Positions 20,869 through 30,257 of a DNA stretch of 64,000 nt are shown in pieces (positions within the stretch are counted from its first letter, which is position 1; every line of letters begins with the position of its first letter). A program made the position numbers and the translations under genes. The stretch comes from Phormidesmis sp. GTDB taxonomy: Bacteria; Cyanobacteriota; Cyanobacteriia; Leptolyngbyales; Leptolyngbyaceae. The stretch is taken from contig CBDFJR010000005.1 of NCBI GenBank assembly GCA_965248535.1, positions 256,001 through 320,000 of the forward strand, read 5' to 3'. The notes under the pieces are model-generated. The model saw nothing but the letters and a program-made list of their open reading frames with translations, ran no database searches and was not told the origin of the DNA.

Positions 20869-21707
20869 ATCGCCTCAAAGCACTCCGATCGCGTCAGCCG
20901 AATCTGCGCCAACGCAAACACAGTAGGAATGACTCGCCCGTAATTGGTGGAAATCGATCGCCAGCCCAAATCTGCTAAAAACCACGCCCACATCGCCGAA
21001 CCTGCCACTGCAAACACGGTTCGAGCCGCGCCATATCTCGCCGCGCTCACCGCCATCCCATGCCGCGCCATTCGCATCGACACATAGTTTTGAAACTGAC
21101 TGGCCGCCGCGATTCCCCCATGAGCGAGGGTTTCTTTAGCGACTTGATAGCTGGCAAAGTGCAGCGCAAACTGACGGGCAACGTGCTGCAACAGCATCGG
21201 GCGCACCAGAGAACTAATGGCGATCGCGCCACTGCCCTTGAGAATCAACTTGAGCGGATCGTTTTGCACCGAGAGCGGCAATTGACTGGCCAAACTAGAC
21301 TGCACGAGCGAATGCTGTACCCGTCGCGTTAATGCCGTCTTTTCTAGAGCGGGCATTTGTTTCCAAGCGCGATTGAGCACGCTGAGAAAGATTTCGGCCT
21401 CTAGGTCGGTCGTAGACATCGAGCCAGCATAGGGCAGCTTAAGGTAACGACAAACCTGAATCAAAACCTGACGATAGCTGACCTGACCCGTTTGACGACG
21501 CAGCACGGTCACCCCATCGGCCGCTAAATAGCGAAAACGCTGGTCGATCGCTTCTAGCCAATCATCGTGATCTTGACTCTGCACCTCGATCGGGTCAGGC
21601 GTGCTGACATAATCTAACGGGTTAAACTTGGGCCGAAACAAGATTTCAGTCAAATCTCTTAACTCATCGTCCGTCGCTAACTCCAACGCGGCCCTCAGTT
21701 CGTCCAC
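20865..21707 (-). CDS. YaaW-family conserved protein
   Basis: MDELRAALELATDDEL, RFRYLAADG and NYGRVIPTVFALAQIRL as in the conserved cyanobacterial family; GTG start 21707 with GAGGAG RBS. Confidence 0.75.
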   Translation of the reverse strand: MDELRAALELATDDELRDLTEILFRPKFNPLDYVSTPDPIEVQSQDHDDWLEAIDQRFRYLAADGVTVLRRQTGQVSYRQVLIQVCRYLKLPYAGSMSTTDLEAEIFLSVLNRAWKQMPALEKTALTRRVQHSLVQSSLASQLPLSVQNDPLKLILKGSGAIAISSLVRPMLLQHVARQFALHFASYQVAKETLAHGGIAAASQFQNYVSMRMARHGMAVSAARYGAARTVFAVAGSAMWAWFLADLGWRSISTNYGRVIPTVFALAQIRLTRSECFEAI

Positions 21708-21821
21708 TCGTTGACTCCTCCAGTGCAGAGTGATGGCAATCCTCCACATTCTACACAAGGGCAAGGGGGAGAATTGCGTTATAAATTATTTTGGGGCTAG
21801 GAATTTTAGAACGCTTATAGA

Positions 21822-22898
21822 ATGGCTGATTCTCATTTTGATATTGCGGTCATTGGTGCGGGAGTGGCAGGTCTAACCTGTGCCCAACAGCTTCAACAGG
21901 CTGGCTATCGGGTGGTTGTGGTTGAAAAATCGCGGGGACTGGGTGGACGGTTGGCGACTCGACGCTTGCAGGGCACCCATGCTGATCACGGTGTGTGCTA
22001 TTTGAAGCCCAAAGACGATCGCTTCCAAACTCTGATCGAAACTCTGCGGGAGCGATCGCTGCTGCAAATCTGGACTGACACAATTCATGAACTTGACGCA
22101 GAGGAGCACCTGATTGCGCCCCCTGATCCGGCTCCTCGCTATGCGTCTCCTAGCGGGATCTCAGCGATCGCTAAATTCCTCGCGACTGAACTCACGCTCC
22201 GGCTCAATCAGCGAGTCGAAACGATTCGTCAAACTGACCAGGGCTGGCAATTGCAGTTCGAGTCTGATTCTCTCAATCTGGCTGATCAAGCTGGCGTGAC
22301 TGCATCGGCTGTGATTGTCGCGATCCCGGCTCCGCAAGCGCTGACGTTGTTAGAATCTGTGGCAGATGAACCCCTTTTAACGTCTCTGCGATCGCTTCAA
22401 TTTGCACCTTGCATCAGCGCGATCGCGGTCTATTCAGCAGAGAAAAATCAGCCAGCCGTGCCCTGGAGAGGGGTAACTTGTGCCCATGATCCCACGATCG
22501 CTTGGGTCGGCTTAGACAGCAGTAAGCAAAACTCCCCATCGCAGCCTGTGGTTGTCGTTCAAAGCACAGCGGCCTTTGCCAATCTGCATTTAGAAACCAA
22601 TGACTTACCTCTGGTTGGACAAACGCTTTTAGATAGAGCCGCCGACTTGTTAGCATCCTGGCTGAGTTCGCCCGAAACGCTGCAAGTTCATCGCTGGCGC
22701 TATGCCTTTCCGATCAATCCACTAGCTGAGAAATTTTTGTGTGCTAACACCCGATCGCCGCTGCTCTTAACCGGAGATTGGTGTGGCGGCAACCGAGTTG
22801 AAAGCGCATTTTTGGCAGGGTTGGCAACCTCGGCACAGATCAATGAGTGCCTGCGAGGGCGATCGCTGCCAGAAAAATTTTGGGACGCGATCGTCTAA
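21822..22898 (+). CDS. NAD(P)/FAD-dependent oxidoreductase (renalase-like)
   Basis: IGAGVAG, EKSRGLGGRLATRR, HRWRYA and GDWCGGNRVESAFLAG motifs. Confidence 0.9.
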   Translation: MADSHFDIAVIGAGVAGLTCAQQLQQAGYRVVVVEKSRGLGGRLATRRLQGTHADHGVCYLKPKDDRFQTLIETLRERSLLQIWTDTIHELDAEEHLIAPPDPAPRYASPSGISAIAKFLATELTLRLNQRVETIRQTDQGWQLQFESDSLNLADQAGVTASAVIVAIPAPQALTLLESVADEPLLTSLRSLQFAPCISAIAVYSAEKNQPAVPWRGVTCAHDPTIAWVGLDSSKQNSPSQPVVVVQSTAAFANLHLETNDLPLVGQTLLDRAADLLASWLSSPETLQVHRWRYAFPINPLAEKFLCANTRSPLLLTGDWCGGNRVESAFLAGLATSAQINECLRGRSLPEKFWDAIV

Positions 22899-23012
22899 AT
22901 TTTAACCATTAAAAGTCCCCAAACCGTGACAGCTTGGGGATCAGCAGAAGAGGGGAACAATCTTGTTGCACGCGCAGCCCTTCCAAATATTGAATGATTT
23001 AGCGCTAAACCC

Positions 23013-23201
23013 CTAAACGTCAGCAGCGCCCTCGTTGCCTCTGCCTGCGCCTTCTTGATCGCCCTCAGCATCATCCATGCGGTTGCTGTCATAGCGTCTT
23101 CCTCTCGTCATTCGCCCTGTGTTGGTGCGTTTGCGAAACTTACGAGCATAGGCCTGGTTGCGAAGAGCTTTTTCTTTCTTTTGGTTGCGGCGTTTAGCCA
23201 T
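23013..23201 (-). CDS. Small protein with highly basic N-terminus and acidic C-terminus (62 aa)
   Basis: MAKRRNQKKEKALRNQAYARKFRKR...; AAAGGGG RBS upstream; standalone with flanking hairpins. Confidence 0.75.
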   Translation of the reverse strand: MAKRRNQKKEKALRNQAYARKFRKRTNTGRMTRGRRYDSNRMDDAEGDQEGAGRGNEGAADV

Positions 23202-23376
23202 GTTTACCCCTTTGAGACATCTATTAGCGAATGGTGGCAGCGACGATCGTTAGTGTCTGAGAACTCGATTTAGCTCTCAGAAAAAAGAGTTAGAGAATCA
23301 CTCTAACATAACCTGGAGAGCCACTCAGGCTACAGGCCATCTCAGAATCACAAATTCTCCTCAGCAAACAATCCTA

Positions 23377-24711
23377 TCATTCAGCCGCCTTCTGATTCAA
23401 CAAATCTGCTGCTAACGTCAGGGCCTCTTCACGATCTTTAACCCTTCCTTCGGCCCGCGCTAGTTGCAGCGCCGCCAGCAGCTTGCCAATCAGCGGCCCG
23501 GCAGAAAGCTTGAGGGCAGTCATCAAGTCTTGCCCGCTCAAGAGCGGCACGGGATGAGCCACCGGATCGTCAGCATCTAAGAATCGGGTGATGAGGATGG
23601 CGATCGCTTCCAAAGGCGTTCCGGCGGCAATCGCTAAAATTGCCAACGCCGGGAACGTTGCGCCCACCTCTCGGAAAAAGAAATATTGCTCGGCTAACGT
23701 CCATTCACAGAGCGGCTTACACCCCAATCCGGGTAACCCTCTGAGCGCCGTGCTGACCGCCTGAATCTCAGCCCGACTATATTTTAAGCGCCATAGCTGC
23801 GTCTCTGCCAGTTGCGGGTCGGCGGCCAATAGGCTAGCTAACTTAGCGATCGTCAGCCAGGTGCGGGCCGAGCCAGAGGCTTTCGATTCAGGCGGCTTTG
23901 AAGGGGAGTGCGATCCACTGCGAATCGGGCGAAACAACTCGGTGGCAAACTCAGCCCAGGTTTCTTGAAAGACTACGGTAGTTTGGTCGATGCCCAGCAG
24001 TCTAGTCAAGCTTTGGGCATCAGCACTAGGGAACCAATCTTGCAGCAGCCCATCTTGCCAAGCGGCCGTGAGCCAAACGGTGCCCCGATCGCTGCTCAAC
24101 AAATAATTCAACTCAGACTGCACTCGCTCGGCCGCGATCTGCCGCAGCTTAGGAGCCAACTGCCTAATCACCCGCTGAGTTTCGGGTTCTAAAGCAAACC
24201 CTAGCTGGGCAGCCTGTCGATAAGCCCGCAGCAGTCGCAACGGGTCTTCGGCAAGATTTTCGGCACACACCATTCGCAGCAGCCCGCGTTTGAGATCGGC
24301 GTGACCTTGCAGTGGGTCGAGCAGTTGAGCCGTGTGGGGGTTATAAGCGATCGCATTCACCGTGAAGTCGCGTCGCCGCAGATCGGCATCTAAACTAGAG
24401 CCAACCTGCTGGGCAAAATCTGCCGTCCCCTGCTCAAACACAACTCTGGCGATCTGGCGATCGGCATCCAACAAAACAAACCCAGCCCGATAGTGACGGG
24501 CGATCGCTTGAGCCGTCTCAACGGCCCCCGTCGGCAAGACAAAATCTAAATCGAGATAGTCAGACGGGCGATCGAGCAGCGCATCGCGAACGGTTCCTCC
24601 CACGAGACAGGCAGAGGGCGGCAGCCAAGTGAGGCTAAAGGGCCAAGTTTCGGGCGACAGGGCAGAAGAGGCAACCAAAACGTCTTGCCAACAATCTAAA
24701 CGGTGATTCAA
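23377..24711 (-). CDS. tRNA nucleotidyltransferase / poly(A) polymerase family (short form, probably CC-adding)
   Basis: LVGGTVRD, DLDF, DLRRRDFTVNAIA and EDPLRLLRAYR motifs; no CBS/DHH extension. Confidence 0.9.
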   Translation of the reverse strand: MNHRLDCWQDVLVASSALSPETWPFSLTWLPPSACLVGGTVRDALLDRPSDYLDLDFVLPTGAVETAQAIARHYRAGFVLLDADRQIARVVFEQGTADFAQQVGSSLDADLRRRDFTVNAIAYNPHTAQLLDPLQGHADLKRGLLRMVCAENLAEDPLRLLRAYRQAAQLGFALEPETQRVIRQLAPKLRQIAAERVQSELNYLLSSDRGTVWLTAAWQDGLLQDWFPSADAQSLTRLLGIDQTTVVFQETWAEFATELFRPIRSGSHSPSKPPESKASGSARTWLTIAKLASLLAADPQLAETQLWRLKYSRAEIQAVSTALRGLPGLGCKPLCEWTLAEQYFFFREVGATFPALAILAIAAGTPLEAIAILITRFLDADDPVAHPVPLLSGQDLMTALKLSAGPLIGKLLAALQLARAEGRVKDREEALTLAADLLNQKAAE

Positions 24712-25110
24712 TTCAAACTCATCCCAACCAGGTGAATGCTTGCGAAACGACGATGATAAGACCCCGGCTAGACGGCAACACGCCTTTATTCGCAGGGTTA
24801 TCTCTACTATTCAGTATGACGATTTCCGCTCAGGAAATGCTGAAGGTGTAGCAGAAGAAAGCGACTTTTAGGGGCGATCGCTGAGCTAAGCTCACGGCAG
24901 ACGGCAGCTTGAAATCAGCAACGTAAATCAACCTGAGTGCTCGTGATCAATTCGTTCGCCTGAGCTAGAGTAGCAGAAAAGCATCTCGATTCCTGATCCG
25001 TTTCTGACGGTCAGAAGGGTGCTCTGGGTCTGAGATCATCCGAGGCAACGTTTCCGTTCAGCAGATGATCTGAATCTACTCATTGATTTAGCGATGCCGA
25101 GGCGACCACT

Positions 25111-25359
25111 ATGTGTATTTGCGTCAATTGTCACTATGTAGACCGCTGCACCACCTATCACGCGGTCGAAGAGCAGCACGAGCAGGTTCACCTGACCGAA
25201 ACGCCAGATTTTGAGGCCACTGAGCCAACGATCAACGTCAACATTCGCGATCGCTCTGACTATATCGAGATGGAGTGGGATGTCGTGGGCTGTTTGAGCT
25301 TTCAAAAAGAACCTGGAAAATGGGCAAAAATGCGCCCCGGAGAACTCGTTCCGACCTGA
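25111..25359 (+). CDS. ycf34: Ycf34 family Fe-S protein
   Basis: MCICVNCHYVDRCTTYHAVE and EMEWDVVGC motifs. Confidence 0.9.
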   Translation: MCICVNCHYVDRCTTYHAVEEQHEQVHLTETPDFEATEPTINVNIRDRSDYIEMEWDVVGCLSFQKEPGKWAKMRPGELVPT

Positions 25360-25486
25360 CGATCGGGCGGGTTATTGGACGTAATGATACAAATCTTTAA
25401 TAAAGAAACGTAATTCAGTCTCAGATCTGGGGAACAGTAGGGCAAAAATTGACAACCTATCCCCTACGCAATTTAGCTGAGACTTT

Positions 25487-26950
25487 ATGAGCTTTTTCTT
25501 TCCTGCAAGTCGTCCGGCTGTCTTTGTGCTGCTGGCAGTCGGTTTTGCATCCTCTCTGGTGGGCTTTTCATCGACCGCAGTGGCTCAGTCTGCGGCTCCT
25601 GCACCGATCGCGCCCACCCAGTCTGATGCGTCTAAGATTTCTGAAGCAGCTAAAACTCAAGAAGAGGCGCAGAAACTCTATCGCCAAGGTGAAGACAGCG
25701 CCCGATCGGGCGATTATCGCAAGGCGATCGAGAACTATAATCAGTCCCTTCAGGTCAATCCTAATTTCAGCCAGGGCTATGTGGCGCGTGGGGTGGCGAG
25801 GTCAAAGATCGGCGATCAAGCAGGTGCTCTTCAAGATTTTGACCGGGCGATCAAGCTCGACCCATCCGACGCGATCGCCTATGCCCAACGCGGCACCACT
25901 CGATTTAGCGTGGGCAATACCCCAGACGCGCTGACAGACCTCAACAAAGCTCTAGAGCTAAACCCTACTCTGGCGGCGGCTTATGTCAATCGCGGCTATG
26001 TGCGCACCCAATCCAAAGATGCAGAGGGCGCGATCGCCGATTTTGATCAAGCATTGCGGCTCCAGCCCAGCTACACCCCGGCGTTGCTCAATCGTGGGTT
26101 TGTCTCTCTCAACAAGGGCGATCGGCAAGCTGCCCTGAATGATTTCAACCTAGCGATCAAGCTTCAGCCAAACTACGCAGAGGCTTATCTCAGTCGCGGC
26201 ACGCTGCATCATCAAGCTGACGACGATGAGGCGGCGGTTGAAGACTTTAACCAGGCGATTCGCCTCAACCCTAGCTATGTTTCTGCCTACTATAATCGTG
26301 GGTTGGCTCACTCTAAATTGGGCAATTTAGAAGCCGCCCAAGCAGACTTTACAAAAGTCACCCAGTTAAGCCCTGACCAGCCAGAAGTCTTTTTGCAGCG
26401 AGGTCTCGTGCAGGCGGCGCTCAAAAACCCTCAAAGCGCGATCGCCGACTATAACCAGGCTCTCAAACTCAAGCCCGACTATGCTGAAGCCTTTAAAAGT
26501 CGCGGCGATTTGCTGACCACGATCGGCGATAATCAGGGCGCTCTCAATGACTATAACCAGGCGGTGCAAGCGCAGTCTAACTTTGCCGCTGCCTACACGA
26601 GCCGAGCCGATGCCCGATCGCAGCTAGGCGATCGTCAAGGCGCGATCGCTGACTATAGCCAGGCTGTCAGCCTCAATGGTGAAGATGCCAAAGCTCTTGA
26701 GAAGCGAGGCAAAGCCAGAATGGATCTAGGAGATGCCCAAGGCGCGATCGCCGATTTTTCTCAAGTCCTTCGCATTGATGATCGGGTTGCAGACGCTCAC
26801 TATCATCGCGGCATCTTGCTAGCGCAGATGGGCAACCGCATTGACGCGATCGCCGATCTGCGGGCAGCCAGCGACCTCTATCGCCAACAGGGCCAGCCGG
26901 AAGGCTATCGCAACGCTCTTAAACACATTAGCCAGCTAAAAACCCCCTAA
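25487..26950 (+). CDS. Exported tetratricopeptide repeat protein
   Basis: Signal peptide (AVAQ) followed by many 34-aa TPR units (AYxNRG...AIADFxQA..LxP). Confidence 0.92.
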   Translation: MSFFFPASRPAVFVLLAVGFASSLVGFSSTAVAQSAAPAPIAPTQSDASKISEAAKTQEEAQKLYRQGEDSARSGDYRKAIENYNQSLQVNPNFSQGYVARGVARSKIGDQAGALQDFDRAIKLDPSDAIAYAQRGTTRFSVGNTPDALTDLNKALELNPTLAAAYVNRGYVRTQSKDAEGAIADFDQALRLQPSYTPALLNRGFVSLNKGDRQAALNDFNLAIKLQPNYAEAYLSRGTLHHQADDDEAAVEDFNQAIRLNPSYVSAYYNRGLAHSKLGNLEAAQADFTKVTQLSPDQPEVFLQRGLVQAALKNPQSAIADYNQALKLKPDYAEAFKSRGDLLTTIGDNQGALNDYNQAVQAQSNFAAAYTSRADARSQLGDRQGAIADYSQAVSLNGEDAKALEKRGKARMDLGDAQGAIADFSQVLRIDDRVADAHYHRGILLAQMGNRIDAIADLRAASDLYRQQGQPEGYRNALKHISQLKTP

Positions 26951-26956
26951 AGATCA

Positions 26957-26981
26957 GTACGGGCACGGCATTGCCGTGCCC
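26957..26981. repeat. REP-like palindrome, copy 3
   Basis: gtac-gggcacggca-t-tgccgtgccc, 7 bp after the TPR gene stop. Confidence 0.85.
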
Positions 26982-27135
26982 CTGTGTGTCTGCCTAATCC
27001 GGCCGCGCTTACTCAGAAATCCCCAACTTCGATAAAGTAGATCTAACAGCGTCCTGCTTGTGAAGACCATTCAGCTTCATCAGCAGGACGTTTGTGGTTC
27101 GATCGAGGTGAGCACTGTCTTACAAGGGCTGGGAG

Positions 27136-28626
27136 ATGATTACTGCAATAACTGTGCTAGTTGCGCTAGGGATTTTGGGATGGGGATATTATCGAGCCAA
27201 ACCGTTTGGCAGACTAGGACTTTTAGCCTGGTGGCAATCGGTGGTTTTGATGGCTCCTTGGCTATTGTTCTTTGGCTTGACAACCTTAGGCATCTATCTC
27301 AACTTGATAGGCGTTCTGCTGCTGTTTGTCGCCTCTACAGGACTCTATATTCTCTTGGGGCGCAGGCTGCGGGCAGCCAGTCAAGAAGAATTGTCTCAAC
27401 GAGCGTCGGCCATCGCCCACCACGAGGGTGACTCTTTGGATGCTCAGACTGAGCCATTGAGTCTAGAAACGGTTCCCCGATCGCAGGTAGACTCGACCGC
27501 AGCCCCCGCAGCCCTTCCCATTCCCCTAGAGGATCTCAAAGCGATTCAAGGAATTTTTGGCATCGATACCTTTTATGCTACTGAGACGATTCCCTATCAA
27601 GAAGGCGCAATCTTTAAAGGCAATCTGCGCGGCGAGATAGAACCCACCTTTGAGCGCCTCTCGGCAAATTTAAAGCAGCGATTAGCCGATCGCTATCGCC
27701 TCTTTTTAGTCGAAGGTCAAGAAAGCCGGCCCGTTGTCGTGGTGCTTCCCGCTAGCAGTGACCCTAAGCCCGCCACGATCGCACAAAAGCTTCTAGCGGC
27801 AGTGTTGTTGATCGCAACGATCTCCACTTGCTTAGAAACGGCGGGTCTGCTGCTGGAATTTGACTTCTACACCTCGCCAGAGCGCTATCGAGAGGTGTTG
27901 CCGATCGGGGCAGGAATTCTCACTATTTTGGGCGTTCATGAACTGGGTCACTGGCTGCTGGCGCGTCGCTATCAGGTGCGGCTGAGTTTTCCCTACTTCA
28001 TTCCGACCTGGCAGATTGGCTCATTTGGGGCCATTACTCGATTTGAGTCGCTGTTGCCCAACCGATCAGCGCTATTTGATATCGCCTTTGCGGGCCCGGC
28101 GGCGGGAGGGGTGGTTTCACTAGCGATGCTGATTATCGGCTTGTTGCTATCTCATCAAGGCAGTTTGTTTAAGCTGCCGACCCAATTTTTTGAAGGGTCT
28201 ATTCTCGTTGGCACGGTGGCACGAGTGATTTTAGGAACGGCGCTTCAGCAGCCCACTGTTGAAGTTCACCCGCTGACCATCTTGGGCTGGGTCGGACTCA
28301 TTTTGACCGCGATCAATCTCATGCCTGCCGGACAGCTAGATGGCGGCAGAATCGTGCAGGCAATCTATGGACGCAAAACGGTTGGGCGAACCACCGCCGC
28401 CACGATCGTGGTGTTGGCGATCGCCTCCCTCGTTAACCCCCTGGCCCTTTATTGGGCGATCGTGATCTTAGTGTTGCAGCGCAATCTAGAGCGACCGAGC
28501 CTTAACGAATTGTCAGAACCCAATGACACACGAGCCGCGTTAGGCTTGCTGGCCCTGTTTCTCATGGTGACTATTCTGTTGCCGCTGACCCCAAGTTTGG
28601 CAGGGCGATTGGGGATTGGAGGGTGA
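27136..28626 (+). CDS. Site-2 protease (peptidase M50) family intramembrane metalloprotease
   Basis: HELGH zinc motif, IAFAGPAAG, NLMPAGQLDGG, multiple TM helices. Confidence 0.93.
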   Translation: MITAITVLVALGILGWGYYRAKPFGRLGLLAWWQSVVLMAPWLLFFGLTTLGIYLNLIGVLLLFVASTGLYILLGRRLRAASQEELSQRASAIAHHEGDSLDAQTEPLSLETVPRSQVDSTAAPAALPIPLEDLKAIQGIFGIDTFYATETIPYQEGAIFKGNLRGEIEPTFERLSANLKQRLADRYRLFLVEGQESRPVVVVLPASSDPKPATIAQKLLAAVLLIATISTCLETAGLLLEFDFYTSPERYREVLPIGAGILTILGVHELGHWLLARRYQVRLSFPYFIPTWQIGSFGAITRFESLLPNRSALFDIAFAGPAAGGVVSLAMLIIGLLLSHQGSLFKLPTQFFEGSILVGTVARVILGTALQQPTVEVHPLTILGWVGLILTAINLMPAGQLDGGRIVQAIYGRKTVGRTTAATIVVLAIASLVNPLALYWAIVILVLQRNLERPSLNELSEPNDTRAALGLLALFLMVTILLPLTPSLAGRLGIGG

Positions 28627-28705
28627 CTATACTATCGTAGAGATAGGGTGCATCATCGTTGTTACGGAAATTCTCGCTGGTTTTTCCTTTCATCTTCCTG
28701 AACTT

Positions 28706-29503
28706 ATGTCAGATCTCCCTCCCATTCTGCTGCTCCTCGATTTGAGTGCGCTGCTAGTTGGTAAACCGCGTGAGTGGCAAGAGTTTGCGCGACTGGGCAA
28801 GTGCTATGTGCCTCAATCGATCTATCAAGAAATTCAGGCCCAGAGCCAAGTTGGAATTGACCCCAATTTTGAGCAAGCGGCAAAAGAGTTTTGCCGTTTC
28901 TTTGCTGAAAGCAACTGGCAACTGACGGGGGCAGGCGCGCTTCATCCTTCACTTCAGCCGAGTGAAGGGCAAAACCTGAGCAAACGTGCTCGATTGACTC
29001 AGACGGTCTCAGAGTGTGCCTATGGGTTTGCTCGCAGCAGTCCCGGTCGGCTCGTGGTTTTGATTTCTAACGATCAGCCATTGCTCAAACGGATTCAAGG
29101 TTTGGGAATCGCCAATCTCTGCGGCGTGCCAGGGTCTGCCCTGCTGATTTGGAGTCGCAGCGGACGCAGACCCCCGATCGTGGCCCAGCATCTGCAATCC
29201 ATGCGATCGACGACTGTGACGGTGAGCGGGTTGGCGGCTCCTCGTCAGGCCCGATCGACATCGCCACCCAAGCCCAGAGCGCCGCGATCGCTGAGAGAGT
29301 CGCAGCCCAGAGTGCGCCCTAGTCAGCCGATCTATAATCATCCCGATCTGTTTCGTCAGATGGTGTCTGGCGTGTCTTCTCTCGTTGCCCTAATGATCAC
29401 GATCGGCGTGGTGTGGTATGTCGTTCAGCCCAAGAGTTTCAACCAATTTTTGCGGCACCAAAATCTTCCCACCCTGCCTGAAATTCCTTGGGTGCAAAAT
29501 TAA
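28706..29503 (+). CDS. PIN-like domain protein with Pro/Arg-rich linker and C-terminal TM anchor
   Basis: LLLLDLSAL, YVPQSIYQEI and VVLISND match PIN strand/acidic-residue pattern; hydrophobic VSSLVALMITIGVVWYVV near the C-terminus; probable start ATG 28706. Confidence 0.65.
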   Translation: MSDLPPILLLLDLSALLVGKPREWQEFARLGKCYVPQSIYQEIQAQSQVGIDPNFEQAAKEFCRFFAESNWQLTGAGALHPSLQPSEGQNLSKRARLTQTVSECAYGFARSSPGRLVVLISNDQPLLKRIQGLGIANLCGVPGSALLIWSRSGRRPPIVAQHLQSMRSTTVTVSGLAAPRQARSTSPPKPRAPRSLRESQPRVRPSQPIYNHPDLFRQMVSGVSSLVALMITIGVVWYVVQPKSFNQFLRHQNLPTLPEIPWVQN

Positions 29504-29575
29504 TCGAGTTGGAACTTGTCTCTGGCTCAAGATCGTCACTGATGGCATCCCCTTCGGTCGCAAGGATTTTCTGCC

Positions 29576-30154
29576 ATGTTTTTTAGCCGTTCAGCTAACT
29601 TGGTTGCGGCGATCGCGCTCGTCACGGCTTTGTCTCTGGCGATCGCTCCGGCGATCGGGCAAAATGCCGCCGCAACTCCCCTATTTCAGCCGTTGCCCAT
29701 CAAACAAGGGGGCCCTGTGCGTCGCCCAGATCTCAAGGGCAGTCTTCACCCTGTGCCTATACCCGTCGGCGAGTCGCCGTGTGGGTTGAGATCAGACGTG
29801 GTTTTTCGCACCCTTGCTAGTGGTGGCTTTGCTGGACGAACGGATGAAACGCTGCTTTTTAAAGATGGCCGCATGATTCGCAGTCGCATTAATCTCAATG
29901 GCACTAAATCTGAGATTACAGCACGTCGCCTCTCTCTAGCGCAGGTGCAGCGGTTTGAGGCATTGGTGCAAACTCGGATGAAACCCTTCGATCGTCTCAG
30001 CTATCCCGCCCATTCAGGCTCCGCAGACTTTATAACAATCACTGCAACTAGCCATGCCGCAACGGTTCAATATGCCGATAGCGTTTGGTCTGAGTTACCG
30101 TCATCGCTAAAAATCATTCTTCAAGCCTGGAGTCGGCTGGACTCTGACCGCTAA
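29576..30154 (+). CDS. Exported hypothetical protein, emfourin (M4 protease inhibitor)-like C-terminal domain
   Basis: Signal peptide; SGGFAG ... ADFITIT ... LPSSL motif arrangement as in emfourin-like proteins. Confidence 0.5.
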   Translation: MFFSRSANLVAAIALVTALSLAIAPAIGQNAAATPLFQPLPIKQGGPVRRPDLKGSLHPVPIPVGESPCGLRSDVVFRTLASGGFAGRTDETLLFKDGRMIRSRINLNGTKSEITARRLSLAQVQRFEALVQTRMKPFDRLSYPAHSGSADFITITATSHAATVQYADSVWSELPSSLKIILQAWSRLDSDR

Positions 30155-30257
30155 TCGAGATCGCTCCTATCCTTCAAATTCGTTAGTTTCAAGGCAATCA
30201 AGGGCACCTTGGGCTAGTTAGAAGTGCCGAAAACTCTGAAGAGGAGTGAAGGATCGC

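Noticed and set aside
24712..25110. Long intergenic regions (also 1312-1728, 38510-38870, 63266-63659) as ncRNA or tRNA loci
   Set aside because: No tRNA cloverleaf, riboswitch or known sRNA motif recognisable by eye; an Infernal/Rfam scan would be needed to exclude them
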